A stretch of 61,353 nucleotides of DNA, filler included. It is 6 parts of 6 records of this genome, joined end to end, with 100 filler letters (N's around TTAATTAATTAA, not from the genome) between each part and the next. Parts side by side here need not be neighbours in the genome. Positions count along the whole stretch, not along the records: positions 11,260 to 23,190 come from SRR31147125_17099; positions 23,291 to 38,114 come from SRR31147125_17195; 4 more parts are not named here. One strand, given 5' to 3'. Position numbers and translations under genes: made by a program. The notes below the pieces were generated by a model. The model did not search any database. It was not told the origin of the DNA and worked only from the letters and a program-made list of their open reading frames with translations. Below, in pieces: positions 21,701 through 31,277 of this stretch (its first letter is position 1; every line of letters begins with the position of its first letter).

Positions 21701-23045
21701 TTGTCACCTCCCTTGGAAAAAGATCGGTATCTTTGATCAGCACCCCGTAAAGGGAGAGATGGATCACCAGATGGGAGATCAGCCGGGTGGAGAGGGAGGG
21801 ATTAAAGGCGATGAGGTTGAACCAGATCCGCAGATTCTTGATATGTGCCCGGTTATCCTTCAATTGCCAGTTTTCCCCCACCGCCTGCACCACGGGAATT
21901 TGAAAGCCAGAATCGATGACGCATTCCAAAAAGAAGTGAATCAAAGCGGTATCTTCGGTGTTGTAGACGCCGGTTCCCATGTTGAGAATGGAGCTCAAGG
22001 TCGTTTCGGGAAATTCCGCCGATCGAAGTTTCAAGATGGTGAAGGTTTGACGAATCAGCTGTTGAATGTAGGGATTGTTTTCCGCACGAATCAACCATCT
22101 GAGGGTGTTGTTGATATCCTGGAAGGTGGCGATATGAATCATGGAAAGGCCGGGAATGCTTAACGTATAAAAGAGAAAGAGCACCTTCCAGTGATTTCCT
22201 TGACGACTGGATGAACCGGCCTCCAGAAGCTGTGAGGGCATGGATTTATACCGATCGATAATTTCATTGTATTCGGGAAATTGAATCAATTGGACCGCTA
22301 ATTCGGAAGGGGGGACACTGTTTTCCCGAAGCGCCTTTAGACGATGTAATTCCATTGACATGCGATCGTGGGAAATGGGGGTAAACAGGGAAATCACTGC
22401 GTCCGGCAAACGGTCTTCTTCCACTTCGTTTTCAAACCAGGTCAAGGGATCGCTCTCTTTGAGCCAGCAGGCATAGGACAGTTCATGGTATCGGAAAAGA
22501 AGGGCGTTGATGAGGGGCCAATCAATATTTTCCAAACGGCTTTGCTTCAGAAGATCCCCGACAATTCGGTTCAATCGATAGTAGCTTTTGGAAAAGAGAA
22601 CGAGGGGGGAATCATCGCATCGGTTGAGTCGTTGAAACGCATGGTTGATGACCTCTCCCATTTGATCTTGGTGCCGATGGGCCTGGCGGATCACTTTTTG
22701 AAAAAAGCTCAGAAACTGGTCGGCGGCCTCTTCCTGAACCCCCTTGTTGGTCGCCTCTTCCACGGCATCGAAAAAGATCGTCAAGAAGAGATGGATCGCC
22801 TCAGGTGCATTGGGTTGGGAGAGTATCATGTGGAGATGATCAAATGCGTATTTTCTAGCTTCTGAGACAATGAAACCCCAGTTTCTCATGGGGTTGCACA
22901 CTTCAGCTAAAAAAGTGTGCAACGTGCCTTGAAGTGCCGGATACTTCTCGAAAATCGAGATCAGAATGTCATATTTCTCATCGATTTCAACATGAACCCG
23001 GGTCTCTTCCAGGTTTACTTTCAGGGCTTGTGATTTGATTTCCAA
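18783..23045 (-). CDS. PPDK-like dikinase: long N-terminal region, ATP-grasp domain and phosphohistidine swivel domain
   Basis: LGNKGSNL, VPPGFIITT, LLSVRSGS, PGMMDT, QGEDVVAG, ILQTR and GGMTSHASIVA; the protein ends right after the swivel domain. Confidence 0.88.
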   Translation of the reverse strand: MEIKSQALKVNLEETRVHVEIDEKYDILISIFEKYPALQGTLHTFLAEVCNPMRNWGFIVSEARKYAFDHLHMILSQPNAPEAIHLFLTIFFDAVEEATNKGVQEEAADQFLSFFQKVIRQAHRHQDQMGEVINHAFQRLNRCDDSPLVLFSKSYYRLNRIVGDLLKQSRLENIDWPLINALLFRYHELSYACWLKESDPLTWFENEVEEDRLPDAVISLFTPISHDRMSMELHRLKALRENSVPPSELAVQLIQFPEYNEIIDRYKSMPSQLLEAGSSSRQGNHWKVLFLFYTLSIPGLSMIHIATFQDINNTLRWLIRAENNPYIQQLIRQTFTILKLRSAEFPETTLSSILNMGTGVYNTEDTALIHFFLECVIDSGFQIPVVQAVGENWQLKDNRAHIKNLRIWFNLIAFNPSLSTRLISHLVIHLSLYGVLIKDTDLFPREVTTLLNSPIEPVYNLVKQLTRLLPVYYNEIGAEGSIRDISTELDELCHRKDRLIHFYRKRIHVESSNRIIAMTEGIFTYWLTRDLTALTPYLSDELMHAIEANAISETTGTKVKKFKKEQHPDQSIKGVHSDLKYLEENGFDIPGDLLDTSGRQIQDILKRNPCPAATSSDHRRVMLLITLYKLLYQKYSPAFTEIDKYLELVNTAHIPHMAQLHEALAEQKKPDTKIKWKLQKLLNYLGLLKKELLSEKRYDAQEDIFKKRHFTTDIPSLYGSYHERKFDALGLTFRLESLVNPLFEALVEELDLSIITKVTVHKIRNRLLMFYTALKLDGISSSEYEFQMELLTHSLGVQGFTFTQYLDIFQAINKAVKNIINDYFHTTHQENLSRVLATVPKSALLEKYRLTQDTFDGDHQVAEIFFRERMASALGLQQLDRLLTRIQTTLSQQAQGLPQEHLQKLLMYDPKRIITSLHKPETWIMGAMDLGNKGSNLVTLCACGLPVPPGFIITTEAFRYRELIDYYQPARYNFREQIRRELKALEQTAGKRFGDPSNPLLLSVRSGSVISQPGMMDTFIDVGMNEEIAHGMAQKTGNPWLAWDNYRRFLQCFGMARGLKRDAFDAIINNYKDKWHVPYKKDFSGNQMKRVALAYKNKIVDAGFSISESPFNQLLTAIKMVFDSWNSPRAMAYRRIIGLSEDWGTSITVQQMVFGNISEDSGTGVVLTHDPRSPREQISLWGDFTKGSQGEDVVAGLVNTFPISITQQEREMRNTDTTLESHFPRIYKGLQLWADELVGKRGWSPQEIEFTFEGPELGDLYILQTRDLGIRERKKRPEFRQDAMTAAFSSDRFLGNGIGVSGGAMAGRLVFTLEEIQRWRKLEPDTPLIIVRNDTVPDDIREIHAADGLLTARGGMTSHASIVAYRLDKTCVVGYRMMVCDEIEKKCKIDEAVTLSSGDFLSIDGHEGSVFKGELPIVSP

Positions 23046-23190
23046 CGCTTACCTCCAAAGCGGGGTCTGTGATTTCATCTTTTGCTGCATCTTTCTCATT
23101 TTTTTCATTTAATGCAAAATGGTGAAGGAATCGTTTTAGTGATTACTCTCTTGTTCAATATTTTTATTTGATTGCCATTGGCAGCACTCT

Positions 23191-23290
23191 NNNNNNNNNN
23201 NNNNNNNNNNNNNNNNNNNNNNNNNNNNNNNNNNTTAATTAATTAANNNNNNNNNNNNNNNNNNNNNNNNNNNNNNNNNNNNNNNNNNNN
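23191..23290. other. Artificial contig-joining linker
   Basis: N-run, TTAATTAATTAA, N-run. Confidence 0.98.
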
Positions 23291-24309
23291 GGGGAAAGTC
23301 TTTTGCGTTCAAGAAAATGGTCAGCCATTTTCTGATTCATCATCCCAATGGCACTGTTTTCATACTGGACAAGGACTTTTCTGCTTACTGTTTTTGTCAT
23401 TTAATGAATGGTCGGCACTATAATTTGAGTGATCCCCACAGCCAATTGATGCCCTTGATGGATATTGATCAGCCATCGGAATTGGCGTGGGCGTATGACT
23501 GGTTACTCAACTTGGTAAAATCCAATCTATCCGACATTAGCGTTTCGGCAAAGCAAGACCTGCAACAAGCCCTGCAAAGCTTGTCATTGTTGCCGAAACA
23601 GCACCGTGCTTTGACCGGACTACAAATGCTGTTGCAGGACAATAATCTCCGCTCGGCTCTACAACCATATTTAGCGGGGAGCGTTAACGGTCTGTTGGAT
23701 GCAGAACATGACAATTTCCACCACGCTCGGCTGATTGTTTGTGAAATGGGTGGACTGCTCTCTGATTATCCACACTTGGTCGCTCCCACTTTCTCGCTGT
23801 TGGTGCATCGACATCAGAACAGCTTGCAGGGGCAACCAGCTTTGCTCGGCATTGATGAAGCACCCACTTTTCTGGCTCATCCCTCGTTCTCATCTCAAAT
23901 CAAAGATTGGCTTAAAAATTTACGTAAACAAAACTGCCATGTCTGGCTAATGCTTCAATCATTGGCAGATATTACTCAATCTGCCATTGCTCCCCATTTA
24001 ATTGAGGGCATCCCCATAAAACTGTTTACCGCAGCCCAACTAGACAACCTGACCATTACGGAAGCATATCGAGATTTCGGTCTGAATGAAAAAGAGATTC
24101 AGTCAATTAAGGACGCTACACCACGTCAAGATTACCTACTAAAAACCCATGAGGGCAGTCAGTTGATTGATTTGGCAGTTCCTAACGGTTCCGCTACGCA
24201 ATCCATCTGCGGATCTGACAGCAAAGCTGACATTCGACGCATGAAAGCCTTGGTGGAGGCAGGTCTTGAACATGAGGAACTGTTTCAGAGGTTCATGGAG
24301 GGAGAATGA
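23291..24309 (+). CDS. trbE: VirB4/TrbE ATPase, C-terminal part (5' truncated)
   Basis: Walker A remnant GKS at the contig start, ILDKDFS, IDEAP (Walker B), WLKNLRKQN and QSLADI. Confidence 0.85.
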
Positions 24310-25229
24310 TGGACAATAGCGGATTACTCACATCATTGCTGTTGGCAATCAAGCAACAAGCCAGCCTCGGTTATATTCAGCTTATTAGTCCTGCTCTCAG
24401 CTTGGCTCAAATATTCATCACTTTGGAAGTGTTATTTCTAGGGCTTTGGATTGCCTTTAATGAAGTGGACAACATGGTGGTAGCAGGATTTAAGAAAACC
24501 TTATTTATCGGCTTTTCCCTCTACCTAATCACCAATTTTGAATATCTTTCCGGTGTCTGGTTGGGCTCAATGGGACAGGCGGGAATATTAGCGGGAGGTG
24601 GCGGTATTCCTCCCAATCTGCTTCATGATCCATCACTTATTTTAGAACTAGGCTTTGTTTGTGCCAATGACATCTTTACGGAAATCGGTGGGGCTTGGCA
24701 GATTATAAGCAATCCTCTCAAAAGTTTGTTTTTAGGTATTGGCGGACTGGCAATCATTTTAGCTTATTTTATCATCAGTGCTAATTTGCTGATTATTATG
24801 GTTGAGTTTCATCTCATGGCTGTCTGTGCCGTCATTCTTCTTCCATTCGGCATATTCAGTCATACAAAGTTCATTTCCGAAGGGATTTTGTCTGGCTGTG
24901 TCCGCAGTGGCGTTCAAGTTATGGTTTTAGCGTTCATACTATGCCTGTCATTCAACATCCTCAGAAGTTTACAAGTACCCGAAGATCCCACCATCTCAGA
25001 GCTGTTACTCGTTTCCGCTATCTGTGGCACTATCGCTTGGCTTTCCAGTTCTACCCCTTACCGCATTGCTTCGGCACTAAGCGGTTCCCCCGATTTATCC
25101 ATGAGAGTGAGCGGTGGAGCGGTTATGACCGGCACTGCTGGTGCGGGAGCGGTCGGCGTTTATACTGCTCGGAAAGCCGGACAGCAGGGCAAAAGACTTA
25201 TCAATCAACTCAGGAAAACCGGTAAATGA
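24306..25229 (+). CDS. trbL: VirB6/TrbL polytopic membrane protein
   Basis: Multiple TM helices, KKTLFIG, DPSLILELG, LLPFGIF and a Gly/Ala-rich tail; position in the trb cluster. Confidence 0.85.
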   Translation: MMDNSGLLTSLLLAIKQQASLGYIQLISPALSLAQIFITLEVLFLGLWIAFNEVDNMVVAGFKKTLFIGFSLYLITNFEYLSGVWLGSMGQAGILAGGGGIPPNLLHDPSLILELGFVCANDIFTEIGGAWQIISNPLKSLFLGIGGLAIILAYFIISANLLIIMVEFHLMAVCAVILLPFGIFSHTKFISEGILSGCVRSGVQVMVLAFILCLSFNILRSLQVPEDPTISELLLVSAICGTIAWLSSSTPYRIASALSGSPDLSMRVSGGAVMTGTAGAGAVGVYTARKAGQQGKRLINQLRKTGK

Positions 25230-25236
25230 AAAAGCG

Positions 25237-25352
25237 TGTCATTTCGACCGGAATATTTCGTAGCAAAGCGAAGAAATATGGAGCGGAGAAATCCCTTTTG
25301 TTACGATGTCGCCAAGGGATTTCTCCACTCGTTTCACTCGGTCGAAATGACA
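25237..25352. mobile_element. Non-autonomous 116-bp REP-pair/MITE-like element
   Basis: Terminal IR tgtcatttcgaccg/cggtcgaaatgaca and inner IR ggagaaatccctt/aagggatttctcc; same ends as the element at 31278-31723. Confidence 0.85.
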
Positions 25353-25383
25353 AAAAAATCATTATAAAAAGGAATCAACACTT

Positions 25384-26052
25384 ATGGAAAAATACCCAAG
25401 CACTCCCATCCAAAATCCTTTTGAACAAAGCGGTCTTCGTAACTGGTTGACAGGATGGCGAACCGAAGCGAAATTCTGGCGTATAGCCACGCTTTTTTCA
25501 CTCATCGCTAATACCCTTGCCGTTGCCGGACTCATCTACCAATCCCAACTGGCAACGGTCATGCCTTACGTCATTAAGCTGGATGAACAAGGCGTTATTC
25601 ACGGGGTTGATAAAGTCTTAGATCCCTACCAACCGACACCCGCTATCATAGAGTTCTTTGTAAGTGACTTTATTAAAAAAATTCGTAGTCTATCATCCGA
25701 TCCGGTCTTGAGCAAACAGCACTTTTTGCAGGCTTATGATTACGTCAGTGATAAGGGCAAAAAGATTCTCACGCATTATTGTCGGGATTATACCCCCATC
25801 GAGAGAATCAAAGTCGGTGAGACCTGTACAGTCACAATCCTCAACACCTTAAAGATTTCCGACTCATCTTATCAGGTCACTTGGCAGGAAACCCGATTCA
25901 ATTCGAACGGTGTCAGCCAAGGGACGGAACGGTGGGCGGGAATCCTCAATATTCTAATCAGATCTCCCCAAGATGAGGAACAGTTACGCCGCAATCCTGC
26001 CGGTATCTTTATTGATTACTTCCAACTATCACCGGAAATCACGCAACCTTGA
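25384..26052 (+). CDS. trbF: VirB8/TrbF
   Basis: WRIA…TM…VMPYVIKLD…RSLSSDPV…SYQVTWQE…LRRNPAGIFI. Confidence 0.9.
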   Translation: MEKYPSTPIQNPFEQSGLRNWLTGWRTEAKFWRIATLFSLIANTLAVAGLIYQSQLATVMPYVIKLDEQGVIHGVDKVLDPYQPTPAIIEFFVSDFIKKIRSLSSDPVLSKQHFLQAYDYVSDKGKKILTHYCRDYTPIERIKVGETCTVTILNTLKISDSSYQVTWQETRFNSNGVSQGTERWAGILNILIRSPQDEEQLRRNPAGIFIDYFQLSPEITQP

Positions 26053-26070
26053 TTTTTTGGAGGAAATCCC

Positions 26071-27012
26071 ATGAAAGCACTAATCCCCATTGCCATAGCT
26101 TTAAGCCTCATTCTCCCCGCTTGTGTCAGTCAACGAGAGCCAGTACTGATACCAAGCCGTGTGGAGATAATAGCTCCACCAAAAGCGGTAAAGGAAAATT
26201 CGGTACCAAGCCATATCCCCATAAAAAAAATAGTCAAAACAAAAAAGAAGAGCAAATCAAAACTCTCCGTCGGCAAAGTGCTGGATACTGCTGTTAAACG
26301 AGCCACCATTAAACCAGATTTAAGCGACTACAATAACGCCATAGTCCGCTATCCATTTGAAGATGGCAACATATACGCCATTTACACCTGCCCTGATCGT
26401 ATCACTGATATTCGTTTTCAGACTGGGGAAAAAATCACATCCGTGTCCACAGGTGATAGTGAGCGGTGGTTGATTAATCGTTCCACTTCGGGAGCGGGAA
26501 AAAAACAACGTGAACACATCGCCGTCAAGCCGATACAGCCCAAATTAAATACCAATTTTGTAGTGCATAGTAATCGACGAGTTTACTATCTCTATCTGAC
26601 TTCTTTTCGGGAGTCTCATCTCACTTCTGTGAGCTGGATATATCCGCAAAATGAGGCAAAAAAAGCCACAAAAGAACCGTCGGATATCTTCGCTACTCTC
26701 AGAGGGAAGCAACTTAATTTCCACTATGAGATTCAGGGCAATGCGATGTGCATGTTCAAACCTCAGACTGTGTTTGATGAAGCCATACACACCTTTATCC
26801 AATTTCCCCCGAACATCACTCAGCATGAATTGCCAGTACTCTATGTCGTTTCTGATGAGACAGACACTGAAATAGTCAACTCACGTTTCCTCAACCACTA
26901 CCTGATAGTTGACCGCATTTTCAGTAAAGCCGTTCTCCGTTTGGGTAAGGAAAAAATCTACATCTACAACACATCCAGACAGCCCCCTAAGAAATGGTGG
27001 CAAGCGGATTGA
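26071..27012 (+). CDS. trbG: VirB9/TrbG lipoprotein
   Basis: Lipobox LPAC; YPFEDGNIYAIYT, TDIRFQ, GDSERW, VKP, NRRVY and IVDRIF. Confidence 0.9.
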   Translation: MKALIPIAIALSLILPACVSQREPVLIPSRVEIIAPPKAVKENSVPSHIPIKKIVKTKKKSKSKLSVGKVLDTAVKRATIKPDLSDYNNAIVRYPFEDGNIYAIYTCPDRITDIRFQTGEKITSVSTGDSERWLINRSTSGAGKKQREHIAVKPIQPKLNTNFVVHSNRRVYYLYLTSFRESHLTSVSWIYPQNEAKKATKEPSDIFATLRGKQLNFHYEIQGNAMCMFKPQTVFDEAIHTFIQFPPNITQHELPVLYVVSDETDTEIVNSRFLNHYLIVDRIFSKAVLRLGKEKIYIYNTSRQPPKKWWQAD

Positions 27013-27038
27013 TGACAATTAAATTAAGGAGAAAACCA

Positions 27039-28091
27039 ATGGGAAAACCAACTCATAGCGGAATGCCCAAAGTAAAGCGTATTTCTAAGGTCAGAATTAT
27101 AATATTCGTGATGTTCTTGCTCTTCATTTATGCCGTCGGTTTCTGGCTCAGTAAAAGCAAAACCGGGCAGGAACCTTTGCCCCAACCGATTGCCAGTGGA
27201 GCCGATCTTACCGCTAAAAACCTTTTTAATGATCTGCCTAACACCTACGCTGATATCAAACCGGAAATTGAGCCGGAACCGGAGGAAATCATTGTCGATT
27301 TGCCACCGATTCAGGAAGAGCCGATGATTGAGAATCCAGTGGATGAAATGGAAGAAAAAGCCCATCAGTCATCAATTGCATTCAAACTCAATAAACCGGT
27401 GGGATTATCCGCAACTCACGACAAATCAGCTCTTTCATTTAGCCTTAATCATGAACTTACACCACCACCTGATGACGTGCATCATCGCTTGCTTACCGGC
27501 ACTGTTATTCCAGCGGTTTTGATTACTGCTATCAATTCAGATATTGCAGGAAATATAACTGCCCAAATCAGCTCCCACGTCTATGATTCTGTCAGCGGAA
27601 CAATGCTCTTGATTCCCCAAGGTTCTCGTCTATTCGGCACATATGATAGTGAAATTCTGTATAACCAAGGTCGTCTAAAAATCGCATGGTACAGGCTGAT
27701 GTTTTCCAACGGTTCCACGCTATATTTAGGGAAGGAATCACAGGCAGGAGTGTCCTTATCTGGTGAAAGTGCCGTGGCAGATCAGGTTGATCACCATTAC
27801 GGCAAACTCATTACTGCCGTTTTGTTCTCCACCATATTGTCGGCTGGCACCTCTACAGTGGAAGCCAAAACGGACACTGGTAATTCCGATTTGGGTAATG
27901 AAATCGCCGTGGATTTGAGTCAAGATGTAAATCGCACTTCGCAAAGCATCATCGACCGGCAATTTAGAGTTAAGCCGACCATTAAAATTCGGGCAGGATT
28001 CCGTTTCAAAGTGATGTTAGCTCAGGACATCATTTTACCGCCTTATGAGGAACAAAAAGTTTCAGTTTTGCGTTTTTCCTACGACCAATAA
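27039..28091 (+). CDS. trbI: VirB10/TrbI
   Basis: N-terminal TM, Pro-rich linker, GTVIPAVLITAINSD, LLIPQGSRLFGTY, VDHHY and PTIKIRAG. Confidence 0.92.
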   Translation: MGKPTHSGMPKVKRISKVRIIIFVMFLLFIYAVGFWLSKSKTGQEPLPQPIASGADLTAKNLFNDLPNTYADIKPEIEPEPEEIIVDLPPIQEEPMIENPVDEMEEKAHQSSIAFKLNKPVGLSATHDKSALSFSLNHELTPPPDDVHHRLLTGTVIPAVLITAINSDIAGNITAQISSHVYDSVSGTMLLIPQGSRLFGTYDSEILYNQGRLKIAWYRLMFSNGSTLYLGKESQAGVSLSGESAVADQVDHHYGKLITAVLFSTILSAGTSTVEAKTDTGNSDLGNEIAVDLSQDVNRTSQSIIDRQFRVKPTIKIRAGFRFKVMLAQDIILPPYEEQKVSVLRFSYDQ

Positions 28092-28128
28092 GCATAAGCA
28101 AAGAACACATCATTTTAAGGAGAACATC

Positions 28129-28320
28129 ATGGCTAAAAAACTTACCCCCGCTCAACTCAGAGCCAAAGCTAAAGCCCTGCAAATGAAAGCCACCGAAGAG
28201 GAAAATAAACGCTATATCCGTATCGGCAAATTGGTGGAAAAAAAGATTATCAAATCGGAATTTTCTTCTATCGATGTTGCTGAAGTAAAACGGGAGATTC
28301 AGGCGATTTTGGCGGACTGA
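28129..28320 (+). CDS. Small basic helical protein, possible relaxosome accessory
   Basis: 63 aa with a strong aaggag RBS, immediately before the putative oriT. Confidence 0.6.
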   Translation: MAKKLTPAQLRAKAKALQMKATEEENKRYIRIGKLVEKKIIKSEFSSIDVAEVKREIQAILAD

Positions 28321-28550
28321 TGGACGTATTATTACCGTAATACCTCGTATTACGTTCTCTTTTCCATGACTTAAATTCACTTTCTCGCTGGAAAGTATCA
28401 CACTCTGTATTACGACTAAACAATCGATTTCCAAGGCGGGACAAGGGATTTGGCACTGCTATTATTAGCGTAACGTCTAAGATCTATTTAACGAGTGCTA
28501 ATTTTTTCATTTTCCCTTTTTTGTTCAGTTCTTTGTTCCGTGTCTTTTAG
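28321..28550. promoter_or_regulatory. Candidate oriT region
   Basis: Non-coding gap directly upstream of the relaxase with repeated GTATTA(C)/GTAATAC boxes; the nic site was not identified. Confidence 0.45.
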
Positions 28551-28566
28551 GTGGGAGGATTTTCAT

Positions 28567-31272
28567 ATGCGACCATTCAATGTATCTGGCTCACAAGCAA
28601 TTACTTATTATTATGACCGTGACCCCATCTTCTCCCCTCAAGACTGTTTTTGGCATGGACAAGGGGCTGATGAGTTAAAATTACATGGTAACATCAAACA
28701 AGCTGATTTTGCCAACTTGATTGCCGGTAGTGATAAAAAAGGAAATCAATTAATTCGGGATGGTAGAAACGCTAAGGGACAATCAATTCATCGCAGTGCT
28801 ACTGACATATCATTTTCGGCTCCCAAGAGTCTGAGTTTATCCGCTTTACACGCTGACTTCAAAGACCTATTTGAAGCCCATAAAAAAGCCGTTATCGCCA
28901 CACTGGATTATATCGAATCCAAACACATTTTCATTCGCAAATATCATGATGAACAACAGCAAGTTTACTTGTCACGCAAAGCGGTGTTTGCCGTTTTCCC
29001 TCACTCTACCTCCCGCACTTTAGATCCACAGATTCACAGTCATTGTTTGATACTAAATGTTACGAAATATGACCATAAATACTATGCTTTGTGGAGCGAT
29101 AGTATTTATAGGCACCAACGCTTAATAAATAGTGTTTACTTGAGTAACTTGGCTCATGAAATCCGTCAGCTCGGTTATCCCATCTCACTAAGGAAAGAGG
29201 GCTTTTTTGAAATCACTTCGGTCAAGGATTCGTGGATAAAAATTTTTTCCAAGCGAACACGAGATATCGAAGAAGCTGAGCAGAAAATTCAAGCAGACAC
29301 AGGTGTTTCATCCTTGCCTCCAATAATTCGCAGACAAGTGGTTTTGGCATCTCGTCAAGCCAAAGACAGAAGCGTGACGGCATCTGATCTACATGAATTA
29401 TGGAACTCCCAACTTGACCGCTACGAGTTAATCAAAACTATCCGCAACTCCCGCTCACTTTCCCTGCCTCAACATAAAATCTCCGCTTCTGACTACATCC
29501 GTTTAGCCGTTGCCAATATCCACGAATCCGAGAGCCTTTTTTCTAAGGCAGACTGTATAAACAACGCCCTGCAAATCAGCCGAGGATATTACCGTTATTC
29601 CGATATGGAAAAAGCGTTTCGGCAGTTGGTTAAAGAGCGGGAGATCCTACTTCAACAAATCAACATGAGAGTGTCCTCTCGTTTTAATGAAGCCCTGTTT
29701 ACTTCTCATAAAATGAAGCAGTTGGAAGAAAATCTTTTGCAACGGATTTTTAAGGAAAAAGACAACTGCCAACAAATACTTTCCTCTGAACAAACGGATA
29801 AACATTTATCCGTTTACGATTACTTCACTCAAGGACAAAAAGAAGCCGTTAGCCATATCCTGACCGGCACGGATAGAGTTTCTTTAATACAGGGAGATGC
29901 CGGTGTGGGTAAAACCTCGGCTTTGACGGCGGTGCGGGAAATTCTTGAAACAGAAAACACCCCATTCCGACTCCGTGGTTTGGGATATACCGGCAGGGCA
30001 TCGGAAGAATTGGAGCTTTCTGCGGGAATAGAATCAGACACCATCAGTCATTTTTTACAGGGTAAAAATCTTGAACCAAACGAAGTTTGGTTAGTGGATG
30101 AATCAAGCTTGGTGGGCAGTAGTCAGTTATCCGCTCTGACCGATAAAGCCCTTTCCTATGATGCTCGATTGGTTTTAATCGGTGACTGCCATCAGATCCA
30201 GTCCATTTCAGCCGGACGGTTCTTTACTGACCTCCAAGAGAGCGGACAGATGAAAATCGTCAGCATGAATGAACGCCTCCGGCAGAAAACGCCCAACGCT
30301 CAGAAACTGGTAAGTGAAGTTACTGAGTACCAAATGGGAAAACGGGGAAATTTATCCTCTGTTTTTACCCTGCTGAAGCAAGAAAATAACATCATCGAAA
30401 TTCCGCAACAATCCGAGTGCATCAAAGCACTGGTGACTGATTATTGCGGTCGGAAAAACTATCATGACACCATGATTATAACCGCCACTCGTGAGCATCG
30501 TTTAGCGATTAATCTCTATGTTCGGCAGGAATTACAGCACCGTGGATTGATCGACCAACAAGACCATTTGTTATCGGTGATGACTCCGACTTCACTGACT
30601 GGCACAGATCGTTATTTTGCCCATAGTTACCAAATTGGGCAAAGAGCTTTTGTGAATGCGAAAATTAACGGAATTTCTTTTAATGAGCTAAATCAATCTG
30701 TCATTCCCGCTGGTCAATTAGTGCAAATTACGCAGATAGATAAGCAGTACAATCGCTTGACTCTGGCTATCTCTGACCGATCAAGTGTTAGTATCAGCCT
30801 AAAACACCACGCTCACAGATTATCTTGGTACTCCGACAGAAAAGCGGGATTCAGTGTGGGGGATAAAATTGTCTTCTTAAAAAATGACCGTCAACTCTCA
30901 GTCAAAAACGGCAATACCGGAATCATTAAAGCTCTGGATGATACTGGAAATCTTTCGATCAAACTGGATTCGGGAAAACAGCGTCAATTCAACCTTAAAA
31001 AATACGCCTCCCTTGACCACGCTTACGCTATTTCTGCACTCAAGAGCCAGGGTGCCACCGCTAAAAATGTAATTTTTTATGCCGACTCAGCTTTTCCCTC
31101 TATGAACCGAACGGAGTTCCTATACGTGGCGTTAAGTCGTGCTCAATACAGCACCAAACTATACACGGATAATATTAAAAACATTCAAAAACAGTTTGAG
31201 AGAGGGCAGGAAAAAACCTCCACGCTGTCACCTGTGAAAAAATTGAGTAAGGGCTTCGGTTTGGGGATGTAG
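28567..31272 (+). CDS. mobF: MOBF (TrwC-like) relaxase-helicase
   Basis: N-terminal AITYYY, DISFSAPKSLS, HSTSRTLDPQIHSH (HUH/3H), helicase QGDAGVGKT, LVDESS, SQGAT and YVALSR. Confidence 0.95.
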   Translation: MRPFNVSGSQAITYYYDRDPIFSPQDCFWHGQGADELKLHGNIKQADFANLIAGSDKKGNQLIRDGRNAKGQSIHRSATDISFSAPKSLSLSALHADFKDLFEAHKKAVIATLDYIESKHIFIRKYHDEQQQVYLSRKAVFAVFPHSTSRTLDPQIHSHCLILNVTKYDHKYYALWSDSIYRHQRLINSVYLSNLAHEIRQLGYPISLRKEGFFEITSVKDSWIKIFSKRTRDIEEAEQKIQADTGVSSLPPIIRRQVVLASRQAKDRSVTASDLHELWNSQLDRYELIKTIRNSRSLSLPQHKISASDYIRLAVANIHESESLFSKADCINNALQISRGYYRYSDMEKAFRQLVKEREILLQQINMRVSSRFNEALFTSHKMKQLEENLLQRIFKEKDNCQQILSSEQTDKHLSVYDYFTQGQKEAVSHILTGTDRVSLIQGDAGVGKTSALTAVREILETENTPFRLRGLGYTGRASEELELSAGIESDTISHFLQGKNLEPNEVWLVDESSLVGSSQLSALTDKALSYDARLVLIGDCHQIQSISAGRFFTDLQESGQMKIVSMNERLRQKTPNAQKLVSEVTEYQMGKRGNLSSVFTLLKQENNIIEIPQQSECIKALVTDYCGRKNYHDTMIITATREHRLAINLYVRQELQHRGLIDQQDHLLSVMTPTSLTGTDRYFAHSYQIGQRAFVNAKINGISFNELNQSVIPAGQLVQITQIDKQYNRLTLAISDRSSVSISLKHHAHRLSWYSDRKAGFSVGDKIVFLKNDRQLSVKNGNTGIIKALDDTGNLSIKLDSGKQRQFNLKKYASLDHAYAISALKSQGATAKNVIFYADSAFPSMNRTEFLYVALSRAQYSTKLYTDNIKNIQKQFERGQEKTSTLSPVKKLSKGFGLGM

Positions 31273-31277
31273 AGGTA

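Noticed and set aside
11355-22865. Numerous antisense and alternate-frame ORFs in the GC-richer contig
   Set aside because: They shadow well-supported genes and are expected at this GC content.
25226-25450. 74-aa ORF between trbL and trbF
   Set aside because: It reads through the inverted-repeat element and overlaps trbF; probably spurious.
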